Of a stretch of DNA of 51,826 nucleotides, positions 1 to 8,511 are shown in pieces. Position 1 is the stretch's first letter. Each line of letters opens with the position of its first letter. Made by a program: the position numbers and the translations under genes. This stretch comes from a virus (taxonomy: Duplodnaviria > Caudoviricetes). The notes beneath the pieces are model-generated. The model was not told where the DNA came from and ran no database searches. It saw only the letters and a list, made by a program, of their open reading frames with translations. The DNA lies in the IMG/VR virus record IMGVR_UViG_3300031902_000012, positions 1 to 51,826 of that record. The stretch is one strand, 5' to 3'.

Positions 1-53
1 TTGAACGTAACGCCGAACTCTACCTTGGTTTCGCCTGTGAATTCGTACTTCAT
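1..53 (-). CDS. N-terminal fragment of a hexapeptide-repeat phage protein (runs off the window start)
   Basis: ATG at 53 with a GAGAGG RBS reads MKYEFTGETKVEFGVTF. This resembles the usual N-terminus of phage proteins carrying V[YS]G[DN]A[RWQ] repeats, like those at 51346-51826. Confidence 0.7.
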   Translation of the reverse strand, partial: MKYEFTGETKVEFGVTF

Positions 54-63
54 CTGTCATCCT

Positions 64-104
64 CTCATTCCGTACAAGTCCAATCACGAAATGTTTCAGT
101 AGAC
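64..104. repeat. 41-bp direct repeat, copy 1 (copy 2 at 51314-51354)
   Basis: ctcattccgtacaagtccaatcacgaaatgtttcagtagac, with 1 mismatch to copy 2. Confidence 0.95.
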
Positions 105-476
105 GACGCGCTTGCCGGCCTCTGGCTTGTAGCTAGCGAGGGCGACCAGCGCTTTGCCCTCATCGCCCATCTTCTCGATCTGCGCAGGTGATTCGAGCTT
201 GAAAGCCTTGATGCCCAACTGCTTGAAGGCCAGCTCGGCCGCGATCTCGGCGTCATGCCACTTGCGATGCGTGATCGCGTCCTTGACCACGACACCCGGC
301 AGCGCCTTGCCTTCGATGACGGCGCGCTTCTGGATCTCGGCGTCGAGCGCAGCGGCGTACTTGCATATGTCCTTGGTAGCATTCGCCAGCAAGGCGAGGT
401 CGCCATCCGCAATCGCGGAGGTATCGGAAGCCTGCAGGGTCTTGATGATGTCGTTGAGGATGTTGACGATGGTCAT
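96..476 (-). CDS. Stand-alone protein resembling the C-terminal domain of DUF2800 nuclease
   Basis: GKALPGVVVKDAITHRKWHD...ESPAQIEKMG...YKPEAGKRVVY aligns by eye with GAQVDGAALKPGRSYRAWND...VSPAAAEKLG...HKPEAPLKVSY of 43557-44507. GGAG RBS present. Confidence 0.75.
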   Translation of the reverse strand: MTIVNILNDIIKTLQASDTSAIADGDLALLANATKDICKYAAALDAEIQKRAVIEGKALPGVVVKDAITHRKWHDAEIAAELAFKQLGIKAFKLESPAQIEKMGDEGKALVALASYKPEAGKRVVY

Positions 477-535
477 TTGGTGCGCTCCAGCGTTTGTGTG
501 ATTTCTTTGTACGGTGGTTTTCGTACAGCGTCAAC
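471..535 (-). promoter_or_regulatory. Sigma70-like promoter with shared leader/RBS
   Basis: TTGACG-N17-TACAAA overlaps TGTACG-N8-CGTACA. The 43-bp leader (471-513) is nearly identical to 51269-51311. Confidence 0.7.
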
Positions 536-543
536 ACTTATTT

Positions 544-1065
544 TCAGGTCCAGGGCATTTTTTCTTTGGCAGCCGCGTTCAGGCGCGCAGTCGACTCGGC
601 CATCGTCAGTGGAGGTTCATAGGGCTTGATCGGCTTCGCGACCGCGGCGATTGCTGGCGCTAGTTCGTATTTTGCCAGCCGTTCTTTCAATGCTGCGTTC
701 TCGGCCCGGAGCGCGTCGAGCTGCTTGTAGACGCCGGTCAGCTCGGCCTCTAGGAACTCGGTGTCGGTCAACGCGTCAGATGCAGGTGCCTGACCCTCGA
801 CGGTCGGCCGGGAGGTGCCGCCACGCGAACCCAGTCCCCCTTTCGATTCGGCGCGGCACTTCGGGCATCGTGTCAGATGCAGCCCAGCATTCTTGGCCGT
901 GCCCATGATGGCTGCTTTGGTGACGTCGATGGTCATCTCTGCATTGCACTGTGCACAGTTCTTGCGCAGCCGGTACAGGTGCAGGTGGTTCCCTTTCCAC
1001 CATTTGGTCACTGATTCCCCGCCCGACCACCCGTGCGGAATCATGCCAGTTAGGTCCGTAGCCAT
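544..1065 (-). CDS. Hypothetical protein with two CxxC motifs and a coiled coil
   Basis: 173-aa ORF with CAQC and CPKC, and an AGGAG RBS. Confidence 0.75.
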   Translation of the reverse strand: MATDLTGMIPHGWSGGESVTKWWKGNHLHLYRLRKNCAQCNAEMTIDVTKAAIMGTAKNAGLHLTRCPKCRAESKGGLGSRGGTSRPTVEGQAPASDALTDTEFLEAELTGVYKQLDALRAENAALKERLAKYELAPAIAAVAKPIKPYEPPLTMAESTARLNAAAKEKMPWT

Positions 1066-1300
1066 CGTTTACACTCCTATGTGAAGTCCTGTAAGAAACA
1101 GGATGTTTACCACGAATTTCTCAAAACAATTTACCGTTTCTTACACATACACACTGTTTACCGTTTCTCAAAACACTTTTTGCCCCAATTCACAATGAAT
1201 TGTTGTAATTTACGCATTCACAGACATATTCAATTAGTGGCCCCATTTTAAAAATGGGGCCTACTACGTACTAGAAATTAAAGGTTATTACGGCTATAGC
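1066..1300. other. AT-rich non-coding divergence region with short repeats and a 23-bp palindrome (candidate origin or packaging site)
   Basis: Sharp GC drop. TTTACCGTTTCT occurs twice and TTTCTCAAAACA twice. GGCCCCATTTT-A-AAAATGGGGCC at 1239-1261. Confidence 0.5.
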
Positions 1301-1380
1301 TCGCTTAGGTGGGCGACTTTCGATTAGCCCACCGTCGCTCGCCCGCCGGGGAGGGACGCGAACCTTGAGAGGTAAAAACC

Positions 1381-1818
1381 ATGCTGCCGGCCGTTCGGCT
1401 ATCGCAATACGCAGTGGAGCAGGTAAGCCGGCATCGCGATCGGCTGCTGACGCATGTGCGGGTATGCAGTCCTGGATTGACCACGGCTTGCAGGCAGGCG
1501 GGTTTGCCGATCGAGTTGGCAGAGCTCTGTGGCGCCGTGCTGGCGAGCGTGGTCGACGACCTGGTCGCGGTCAGCCGGCTGCCCAAGACGGATTTCGAGC
1601 GCAGTAAGCGGATGGAACGGGTTTTGAGCGCCACTGAGGAGCCGGCCGTCTCAGCGCTGCGGTTGGCCATGGCTGCGTCGCCAACGAACGGACGGGCCTG
1701 CGCGCGGCATTGGGATGCGATCTGCGAGAAGCACGAGCTCGGCAAGCTGGCCTGGCTGATCGGGCTGCAGACGGAGACGGCTTACCGCTATTCGAAGAAA
1801 CTTGAAAAACGGGGTTGA
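1381..1818 (+). CDS. Hypothetical protein
   Basis: 145-aa ORF with a GAGAGG RBS. Confidence 0.65.
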   Translation: MLPAVRLSQYAVEQVSRHRDRLLTHVRVCSPGLTTACRQAGLPIELAELCGAVLASVVDDLVAVSRLPKTDFERSKRMERVLSATEEPAVSALRLAMAASPTNGRACARHWDAICEKHELGKLAWLIGLQTETAYRYSKKLEKRG

Positions 1819-1870
1819 CAGCCCCCTAATTCTGTCATGCACCACGATCACACAAACGCTGGAGAGCACG

Positions 1871-2056
1871 ATGTTCAAAATCGTCGAAAAGAAAAACCAT
1901 AACGCCATCCACGGGCTGTTCGATACTTACAGGCGTGCAGAACAGTACCTCGCCTTGCTGGCGAATGCTACCAAGGGCATCTGCAAGCTGCGCGCTGAAG
2001 ATTTCGAGATCGTCGAGGTGCAGCGTCCTCGCGATCGCAGTGGGCAAAGTCAGTGA
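1871..2056 (+). CDS. Small hypothetical protein carrying a 13-aa segment shared with ORF 96-476
   Basis: Shared leader ATCACACAAACGCTGGAGAGCAC precedes the ATG, with TTGACA at 1815. LALLANATKGICK versus LALLANATKDICK. Confidence 0.7.
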   Translation: MFKIVEKKNHNAIHGLFDTYRRAEQYLALLANATKGICKLRAEDFEIVEVQRPRDRSGQSQ

Positions 2057-2151
2057 GAGGTAACAATCCAGGCGATCGGTGGTTCTTCGCGCTGTTCTTC
2101 ATCGGGGGTTTCGCGCTATACCTGTGGCTGCTGGTCAAGTTCGGGGGCTGA
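2053..2151 (+). CDS. Small membrane peptide
   Basis: GTGA overlap with the upstream stop. Reads MRGNNPGDRWFFALFFIGGFALYLWLLVKFGG. Confidence 0.45.
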   Translation: MRGNNPGDRWFFALFFIGGFALYLWLLVKFGG

Positions 2152-2203
2152 TTTGCTGCCTTCCACGTGACATGCTAGGTTCCCCGCAAACGGGAACCAA
2201 ACC

Positions 2204-5200
2204 ATGGCAGACGACGGCATTTTCGGCTCGGGGTTGAGTTTCGGCTCCAACGCGCCCGACGACCAGGCGCCAGCTCCTGAGCAGCAGGCCCCGGCACCTG
2301 CGCGCGGCCAAGGAGGGCTATTCGGCTCGGCGCTGCGCTTCGGCACCGGCTATACCGCCCCGCCGCCCCAAATGACCGATCCGCTCGACCAGGCCGGCAA
2401 CCTGATCGAGCAGCAGATCGCGCGCAAGACGCAGGTCGGCACCGATCCGCTGGCGCAGTTTTTACAGCCCGACGTGGCAGCCAAGGCGCGCGGGGAAGTC
2501 CCGGCGCTTACGCAACAGCTGCAGCAGATCCGGCAGCAGAAGGCCAAGCAGGCCGAGATCGCCAAGGTGGGCGCCAACTACGGCATCGACAACATTCCGC
2601 AGGGCGCCGACCGCGAGACCGCGGTTAACACCATGGTCGACGAGCTGCAGAAGAAATACATGTCCGGCGATCCGATGGCGGCGCACGGCCTGGTGCAACT
2701 CGGCCGCGCCGATCTCGTGCAAGGCGGCCAGGAGCAGGCGCTGTCAGCCGCCACGGTCACGAATCAGCGCTACCAGGCTGCCGTCGATCAGCTGTCGAAC
2801 GCGCGATCGCCAGGCGAATACGACATCGTGCGCCGGCAGCTCGCGCAGGAAACCAAGGACGGCAAGCACCAGGATCACGAGCTTGCGTCAGTTCCGCTGA
2901 CCTATGATGATTTCCAGAAACAGAAATCGGCGATCTCGAACGGCCTGGCCATGCAGCGCATGGCGATTGACGCGCGCAAGGCGCAAATGCAGCAGCTCGG
3001 CGGCGTGACGCCAATCCAGAAAACCGTCGACAAGGAAGGCAACGCGATCGGTCTGCACGCCACCGTGCAAAGCCAGATCCGCGACAACAATGGCGTGCCA
3101 CTCGGCGGTGTCGAGCCGGTGACGGTCGGTGGCATCTACAACGGCAACCGGCTGCCCACCGGCTCGGCGGATATCAACGCCGCAGGCGACAAATGGGGCC
3201 TGCTCGACAAAGCCGAAACGAAGGACATCCGTGAGCGTGTCGAGCCGCACAAGGCCACGGTCGAGCGCGCCGCCGGCATCAACAAACTGAACGATATCGC
3301 GCAGCAGCCGGACTTTGGCAGCCAACCTTGGCTGCTCGGGCACGCGGTGGACCAGTTTGTCGAGATCAGCCGCAACGGCGTCGGCGGTAAGGGCTCGGCC
3401 ACACCCGGCACGATCCACATCATGGAAAACCTGCGCGGCACGCTGCAGACCGCGAGCGACCGAGTGCAGAAGGAATGGGGCCGATTCGCCGAGTGGGCGG
3501 ATAGCGGCAAAAAGGGCACCATGCCTTACCTGTCGCCCGAGACGATTACGGCGTTGCAGGGCGCAATCAAAACGCTGAAAGCCGGCTCCGATGCCGAGAT
3601 CGCCGGCAGCGTTGGCGGCATCGCGCGCGACGTCGGGCGCCGCGGCGGCAGACTCGAGGACATGGGTTTCCAGCCCGGCGTTACCGACGCGATCAAGTCA
3701 TATTGGCAGTCAGGCAACCAGGATCTGAAACAGGATCTTGCGAAGCGGCCCTCGATCGTCATGCACGGTCAGCGCATCGTGTTCGATCCTGGCGGCCCGG
3801 CGCCCCCGAGCGCGCAGGCTCCGGGAGGGTTTGACAAACCGCAGCAAGCTGGTACGGTTGCCCCCGCGTCAGCGACTCCCGCTAACAGCTCCCCAGCACC
3901 CAAGGCCGCTGGCGCCGCTCCAACCCCACCGCCGAACCTGCAGCCAGGCTCCGGCGGTGGGGGCCAGCCTTTCCAGATCGCCGGCGCGACGGTCAACGTC
4001 GCACTGCCGCCGGGGGCTTCGCCGAACTTCGTGCCCAACCTGCAGCGGATCGAAAGCGGCAACGAGAAAGAACCGTGGCGCGCGGGCGCCGGCGGGCTGT
4101 CGAGCGCGGGCGGTGCGTTCCAGTTCATCAAAGGCACTTGGGACGCCAACAAGCCCGAGGGTGCGCCCGACAAGGCGGCCAACGCCACGCCGCAACAGCA
4201 GGCCGAAGCGCTGGCCAACCTGACGGCCAAGAACGCCACGGATCTGAAGCGCAACGGCGTTCCGGTCAACGACACGAACCTCTACGTCGCGCACAACCTC
4301 GGCGCCGGCGGCGCAACGGCGCTGCTGCATGCTGATCCTGCTGCGGACGCGCGTTCGATCGTTGGCGAAGCTGCGGCCAAGAACAACCCGCTGTTTTTCC
4401 GCGGTAAGCCTACGGTTGCGACCGCGCTGGCCCGATACGCCGCGAACATGAACGGCAGCCTGGCGCCGGTAGGGGTGTCGACCCCACCCTCGATACCCGC
4501 GTCGACAGATCCGCGCGATGCGTTCGCCACACGCGTCAACCCGCAACCCATGACGCCCTCAAGTCCCGGCGTTCCAGGATCGGCGGCCGCGCCCGGTGCA
4601 CCGACGCCGCCAATGTCGGAGGCGACGGCCAACCCGCAGGTGCCGCCCGTCAATCCTGGCTCGCAGGCATCCGAGCAGGCGCAGGCCGAGGGACTGAAGA
4701 ACGGTATCGAGTTGGCGCCCGCGCTGATCCCAGGCGGCGGGCTCGTGGCTGGCGCTGCGCGCGTGGTGGCCTCGGGCGGTGCGAGCGCGGTCACCAAAGC
4801 GATGGAAGGCGGCACCAACTCGGAGATCACGCTCGCGGCTGCCGGCGGCGCGGCGGGCGGTGCGCTCGGTGAGGGCATCGGGCGGTTGATCGGCCGGGCG
4901 TTGCGCGGCAGCGCGGCCCGAGAGGTCGGCGCGGCAGCCGAGATCCTGGCCGACCCACACGCGACCGCGGCAACGCGGCGCCAAGCCATGCAAGTTGCGA
5001 GCCACTACGACCTGACCGAGCAACAGCTGGTCGCCATGCGCGACGCAGTGCAGGCCGGCGCATCCAAGGCTGAAGCGGCCATGCCCGGCGGCGCGGTGTC
5101 GGAAGCCACGGCATCTGCGCGGATTGCGCCAGCCATCGCGCAGGACTACCAGGCGGCCACGCACGGCTATGATGACGTGATCGAGGACGCGCTCGCCGCG

Positions 5201-6220
5201 GCGCCGAACGCGGCAGGCGTCAGGACCAGGATGACGCAGGCCGCCACTGCGGGCGGTATGGACGCAGATCCGACCGTGATGACCGCAGCGCGCCGGATGG
5301 ACAGCATTACGGCGAACGCGAGCGGCCGCAATCCGATCCAGCAGTACGAGGCGATTCGCAACGTCACGTCGGACGTCAAGGCCGCCGCGCGCCGCGCCGA
5401 CGGCATCACGGCCCGCGTACTCGGCGAGATCGCGCAGGTCGGCGACCGCGTGAAGGAGATTCACATTGTCAGCGCGCTGGGCACGCCCGAGGGGCCGCGA
5501 ATGGTCAACTATGCGCGCGGCAGCGACGCCATGTGGCGCGACCTGAAAACCGTGGTGCAGGACAGCAACATGCTGCGCGCGGTCGGGCAAGGCAACGAGC
5601 GCACCAGTCTCGGGCGTGCGCTGCTGAACGTAGTCAAGATCGGCACGGCTGGCGAGGACGCGGCGCTTCAGGCCGTCACATCGCTGCGGCGAATCACGTC
5701 CAACGCTCCCGACCAGTTGCGCGCCGCGCAGGAACTCTACATGCGCGAGGCATTCGCAGGCGCGCGAGCCAAGAGCGATATCCAGGCCGCGGGGCGCGAG
5801 ATCCTGGACGGCGAGTCGTCGAGCGTCGCGCGCGCGCTGCTATCACCTGACCAGTTGGCCGCCGTTCGCCGCACCGTCGAGAACGCGGGCCAGTACGCCA
5901 CGCGCAGCAAGGGGGAAGTGGGTTTCGAAAGCGCGCTGATGGCCGGCGAAGCTGCGCACAGCGCGGGTCATATGGTCCCAGGTGCAGGCATGGTGTCGGC
6001 GGCCGTCAACCTGGTGCAGCTGCGCGACAACGTGAAGATGTTCTTGCGGTCGCTGCCGGCGAACTACAAAAGCCTGCTGCCGGTGCAGAACTTCACGGGC
6101 ACGCCAGCGCGTATCGGTGCCGCCGCGGGAAGCCAGATAGCTGGTGCGCGCAAGGCGCCGGACGGCAACTATTACGTTCCCGATCCGCAGCGGCCGGGCA
6201 AGTATCTTAGGGTGAAGTGA
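2204..6220 (+). CDS. Large internal virion/DNA ejection protein with a lytic transglycosylase domain
   Basis: 1338 aa, Ala/Gln/Gly-rich. Lysozyme-like motifs IESG...SSAGGAFQFIKGTW...LYVAHNLGAGGA. C-terminal GARKAPDGNYYVPDP. Confidence 0.8.
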   Translation: MADDGIFGSGLSFGSNAPDDQAPAPEQQAPAPARGQGGLFGSALRFGTGYTAPPPQMTDPLDQAGNLIEQQIARKTQVGTDPLAQFLQPDVAAKARGEVPALTQQLQQIRQQKAKQAEIAKVGANYGIDNIPQGADRETAVNTMVDELQKKYMSGDPMAAHGLVQLGRADLVQGGQEQALSAATVTNQRYQAAVDQLSNARSPGEYDIVRRQLAQETKDGKHQDHELASVPLTYDDFQKQKSAISNGLAMQRMAIDARKAQMQQLGGVTPIQKTVDKEGNAIGLHATVQSQIRDNNGVPLGGVEPVTVGGIYNGNRLPTGSADINAAGDKWGLLDKAETKDIRERVEPHKATVERAAGINKLNDIAQQPDFGSQPWLLGHAVDQFVEISRNGVGGKGSATPGTIHIMENLRGTLQTASDRVQKEWGRFAEWADSGKKGTMPYLSPETITALQGAIKTLKAGSDAEIAGSVGGIARDVGRRGGRLEDMGFQPGVTDAIKSYWQSGNQDLKQDLAKRPSIVMHGQRIVFDPGGPAPPSAQAPGGFDKPQQAGTVAPASATPANSSPAPKAAGAAPTPPPNLQPGSGGGGQPFQIAGATVNVALPPGASPNFVPNLQRIESGNEKEPWRAGAGGLSSAGGAFQFIKGTWDANKPEGAPDKAANATPQQQAEALANLTAKNATDLKRNGVPVNDTNLYVAHNLGAGGATALLHADPAADARSIVGEAAAKNNPLFFRGKPTVATALARYAANMNGSLAPVGVSTPPSIPASTDPRDAFATRVNPQPMTPSSPGVPGSAAAPGAPTPPMSEATANPQVPPVNPGSQASEQAQAEGLKNGIELAPALIPGGGLVAGAARVVASGGASAVTKAMEGGTNSEITLAAAGGAAGGALGEGIGRLIGRALRGSAAREVGAAAEILADPHATAATRRQAMQVASHYDLTEQQLVAMRDAVQAGASKAEAAMPGGAVSEATASARIAPAIAQDYQAATHGYDDVIEDALAAAPNAAGVRTRMTQAATAGGMDADPTVMTAARRMDSITANASGRNPIQQYEAIRNVTSDVKAAARRADGITARVLGEIAQVGDRVKEIHIVSALGTPEGPRMVNYARGSDAMWRDLKTVVQDSNMLRAVGQGNERTSLGRALLNVVKIGTAGEDAALQAVTSLRRITSNAPDQLRAAQELYMREAFAGARAKSDIQAAGREILDGESSSVARALLSPDQLAAVRRTVENAGQYATRSKGEVGFESALMAGEAAHSAGHMVPGAGMVSAAVNLVQLRDNVKMFLRSLPANYKSLLPVQNFTGTPARIGAAAGSQIAGARKAPDGNYYVPDPQRPGKYLRVK

Positions 6221-6948
6221 TGCCCGACTTCGAACCCGTCGACCACGACCCGTTCGCCGACGTTTCGGTGAACCCGGTTACGGGCGATCCATTCATTCCT
6301 GCCTTCGCGGCGCCGGTGCAAAATATCGTGTCCAGCGTAGCGCAGGGCGCGGTTCAGCAGAAGGCGACGCCCGGCGCTGTGATGCAACCGAATCCGTACC
6401 CGGAGGGGTCGGAAGAGGCATCGTGGTACAACGACCAGCGACAGAACGCCATCAACCAGTGGGGGCCGGGCCAGGCGTTCGGCATGATCGGCCAAGGCAT
6501 GCCGCTTGCGACGCGTGGCGCTGCTGGCGTCGCGGGCGGAAAATTGGGCATCAAGGCAGGCGAGGACCTGCCAGGCATCAATTGGGACCGCGGCACCGTC
6601 TCTCGCGGCGAGCTACCGATCTATGGCGACAAGCAAGTGATTGACGTGCCCGTTGATGCGCTCGATCGCGCGTTCAAGGCGACCGACCCGCGCATGTACG
6701 TCGACAGTCCAAAGCCCGAAGTTGCCGAGTACGCTGCGTCAGGCAAGCCGATGTCGGTGCCCGAGGTCGACGCGGACAGCGGCAGGCTTGGCTTCACCAA
6801 CGGCCGCAACCGATTCGCCGCGGCGCGCGACGCTGGAGAGGCTACTATCCCGGTAGCGACGGAGACGCCTGACGAACTGCGGGCGCTGCTGGCGAAACAT
6901 GGCGGGGTTACGCTCGAACCCGTCGACCACGACCCTTTCACCGAATGA
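6217..6948 (+). CDS. Probable ejection-associated protein with a ParB-like motif and terminal PVDHDPF repeats
   Basis: Overlaps the upstream stop. EPVDHDPF at both termini. GFTNGRNRFAAARDAGEATIPV resembles the ParB/Srx motif. Confidence 0.6.
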   Translation: MMPDFEPVDHDPFADVSVNPVTGDPFIPAFAAPVQNIVSSVAQGAVQQKATPGAVMQPNPYPEGSEEASWYNDQRQNAINQWGPGQAFGMIGQGMPLATRGAAGVAGGKLGIKAGEDLPGINWDRGTVSRGELPIYGDKQVIDVPVDALDRAFKATDPRMYVDSPKPEVAEYAASGKPMSVPEVDADSGRLGFTNGRNRFAAARDAGEATIPVATETPDELRALLAKHGGVTLEPVDHDPFTE

Positions 6949-7247
6949 TGTCGCTCTGGCCGCCCAAGCAACCGAGAACGCCGCGCGACGTGATGCTGGA
7001 ACGGCTGCGCGACGGCGTGCCGCCTGAGCTCGCCACGCGCGCGGCTGGCGTCACCATGGATTCAATCAAGGACGACCCTGAATGCGACATGGCGCGCGCC
7101 GAGGGCGAAATCCGGCTGTTCGAAAGCGCGCGCGACCGCGGCGTGACCGGCGTTGTGCGCGCCGCGGCTAGGTACGAGACGGGCTCGTGGTCCCCCAAGG
7201 CGGAATCCAGTCAGGGGCCGACGCTGGAGGATCTGCTGCGGGATTGA
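6945..7247 (+). CDS. Small protein, possible terminase small subunit
   Basis: 100 aa with an HTH-like LRDGVPPELATRAAGVT. No other TerS candidate was seen. The function is inferred. Confidence 0.35.
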   Translation: MMSLWPPKQPRTPRDVMLERLRDGVPPELATRAAGVTMDSIKDDPECDMARAEGEIRLFESARDRGVTGVVRAAARYETGSWSPKAESSQGPTLEDLLRD

Positions 7248-7316
7248 CAGCAGGCGGTTTGTCCATCCACGGCGCGCGGTTGTTGGCATTTCGCTTCAGA
7301 AACTCGGGAATGTCGG

Positions 7317-7400
7317 TCATGCCTGCAACGCCCACAAGATCACGCCCCACAGGGCGAAGTTGATAACCAACGCGACAGCGAAAGGCGAGATCCACTTCAT
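7317..7400 (-). CDS. Small membrane peptide
   Basis: MKWISPFAVALVINFALWGVILWALQA, coupled to the ORF at 7397-7597. Confidence 0.5.
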   Translation of the reverse strand: MKWISPFAVALVINFALWGVILWALQA

Positions 7401-7597
7401 CGCGCCACCCTCGCTTGGTGCATCGCAGCGGCCCTTGCTGACGATTCGCTGATCCCCTGCGCCGAATGCACGACGACCAGCAGCACGACGGACGCGAACG
7501 CAGCCAGCGTTAGGCCAACGAACACGCGCGCTGCGTTCATGCCGAACGTGAAGCCTATGAGTGCGGCGATCAGCGCCGCGCCGACCAGAAAATGCAT
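7397..7597 (-). CDS. Small membrane protein (antisense cassette)
   Basis: Two hydrophobic segments, a GGAGG RBS and an upstream GTAC-box promoter. Confidence 0.65.
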   Translation of the reverse strand: MHFLVGAALIAALIGFTFGMNAARVFVGLTLAAFASVVLLVVVHSAQGISESSARAAAMHQARVAR

Positions 7598-7738
7598 TGT
7601 TCAGTCCTCCATTTGTACGCCTACAAACCGTACTGTTAGACATTTTCTGAGCCGAAATCAAACTCTATTGTGTCATACACTTTTAGTTGATAGCGTCACG
7701 CTCGAAACTGTGCACCACCGCCCATAGGAGGCTTTCCA

Positions 7739-8476
7739 GTGGTCAATATCGTCAACTACAGCACCACGAGCATTGGCGGGTTCCGGCACTATTCCGGCCT
7801 CCTGCCCGCGGTTCCGGGTGACGGCGCCTCACAGGCGCAAGCCTCCGTTCGCTATTTCCACGTTCCAGCCGCCAACGCCGTCGCGACCTACCGCGGCGAC
7901 ATCATGGTGGCCGCGCAGGCCGCGCCCAACGCGATCGGCACGCCAGGCGGCGCGGATCTGCCCTCGAACATCGCAGCGCCTGGTTCGCTCGTGATCGGCA
8001 ACGGCGGCGGCTCCGGGCTCGGCAACCAGTCGATCGCGCCGAACGCGATTCGGTTCGTGGTTGGCGACACCACCAGCATCATCCTGGGCGTCGTGGTCGG
8101 CTTCGGCTTCACGCTCTACACCGCCAAGAACGGCTTCCAATACTCGCCGGCGTCGACCGAACAGTGGGTGGCCGTCGAGACCGACCCGCAGATTGAGATG
8201 TATATCACGGTCCCGACCGTGCCGGGCACCGCGTTCAACCTCAACCTGATGGGCGGCGCCACCGTCCAGGAAAACGCCGGCCAGCAGATTTCGCGCTTCG
8301 GCGTTTCGGGCCTGTCGCTCAGCGCGACATTCGCGACCACGAGCACGCTGCCGCTTCGCGTCCTCGGCTCGGGCGAGCAGATCGGCGACGACCCGACCGC
8401 CGCCGGTTTCGTGGCGAAGGTCATGTTCAACCAGAATCGGCACTACAAAGGCGGCGGCGTCCTCGTTCTCGACTAA
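7739..8476 (+). CDS. Probable capsid decoration/minor head protein
   Basis: AGGAGG RBS. YRGD...GVVVGF...VETDP...GVSGLSL...TLPLRVLG pattern of proteins usually encoded just before this type of major capsid protein. Confidence 0.6.
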   Translation: MVNIVNYSTTSIGGFRHYSGLLPAVPGDGASQAQASVRYFHVPAANAVATYRGDIMVAAQAAPNAIGTPGGADLPSNIAAPGSLVIGNGGGSGLGNQSIAPNAIRFVVGDTTSIILGVVVGFGFTLYTAKNGFQYSPASTEQWVAVETDPQIEMYITVPTVPGTAFNLNLMGGATVQENAGQQISRFGVSGLSLSATFATTSTLPLRVLGSGEQIGDDPTAAGFVAKVMFNQNRHYKGGGVLVLD

Positions 8477-8511
8477 CCTGCCCAACCGACGAATCATCAG
8501 GAGCTACCTCT

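Noticed and set aside
508-527. LexA SOS box
   Set aside because: The spacing does not fit CTGT-N8-ACAG or the alphaproteobacterial GTTC-N7-GTTC box.
1239-1261. Protelomerase (telRL) site
   Set aside because: No protelomerase or ParA gene was recognised, and the palindrome is short.
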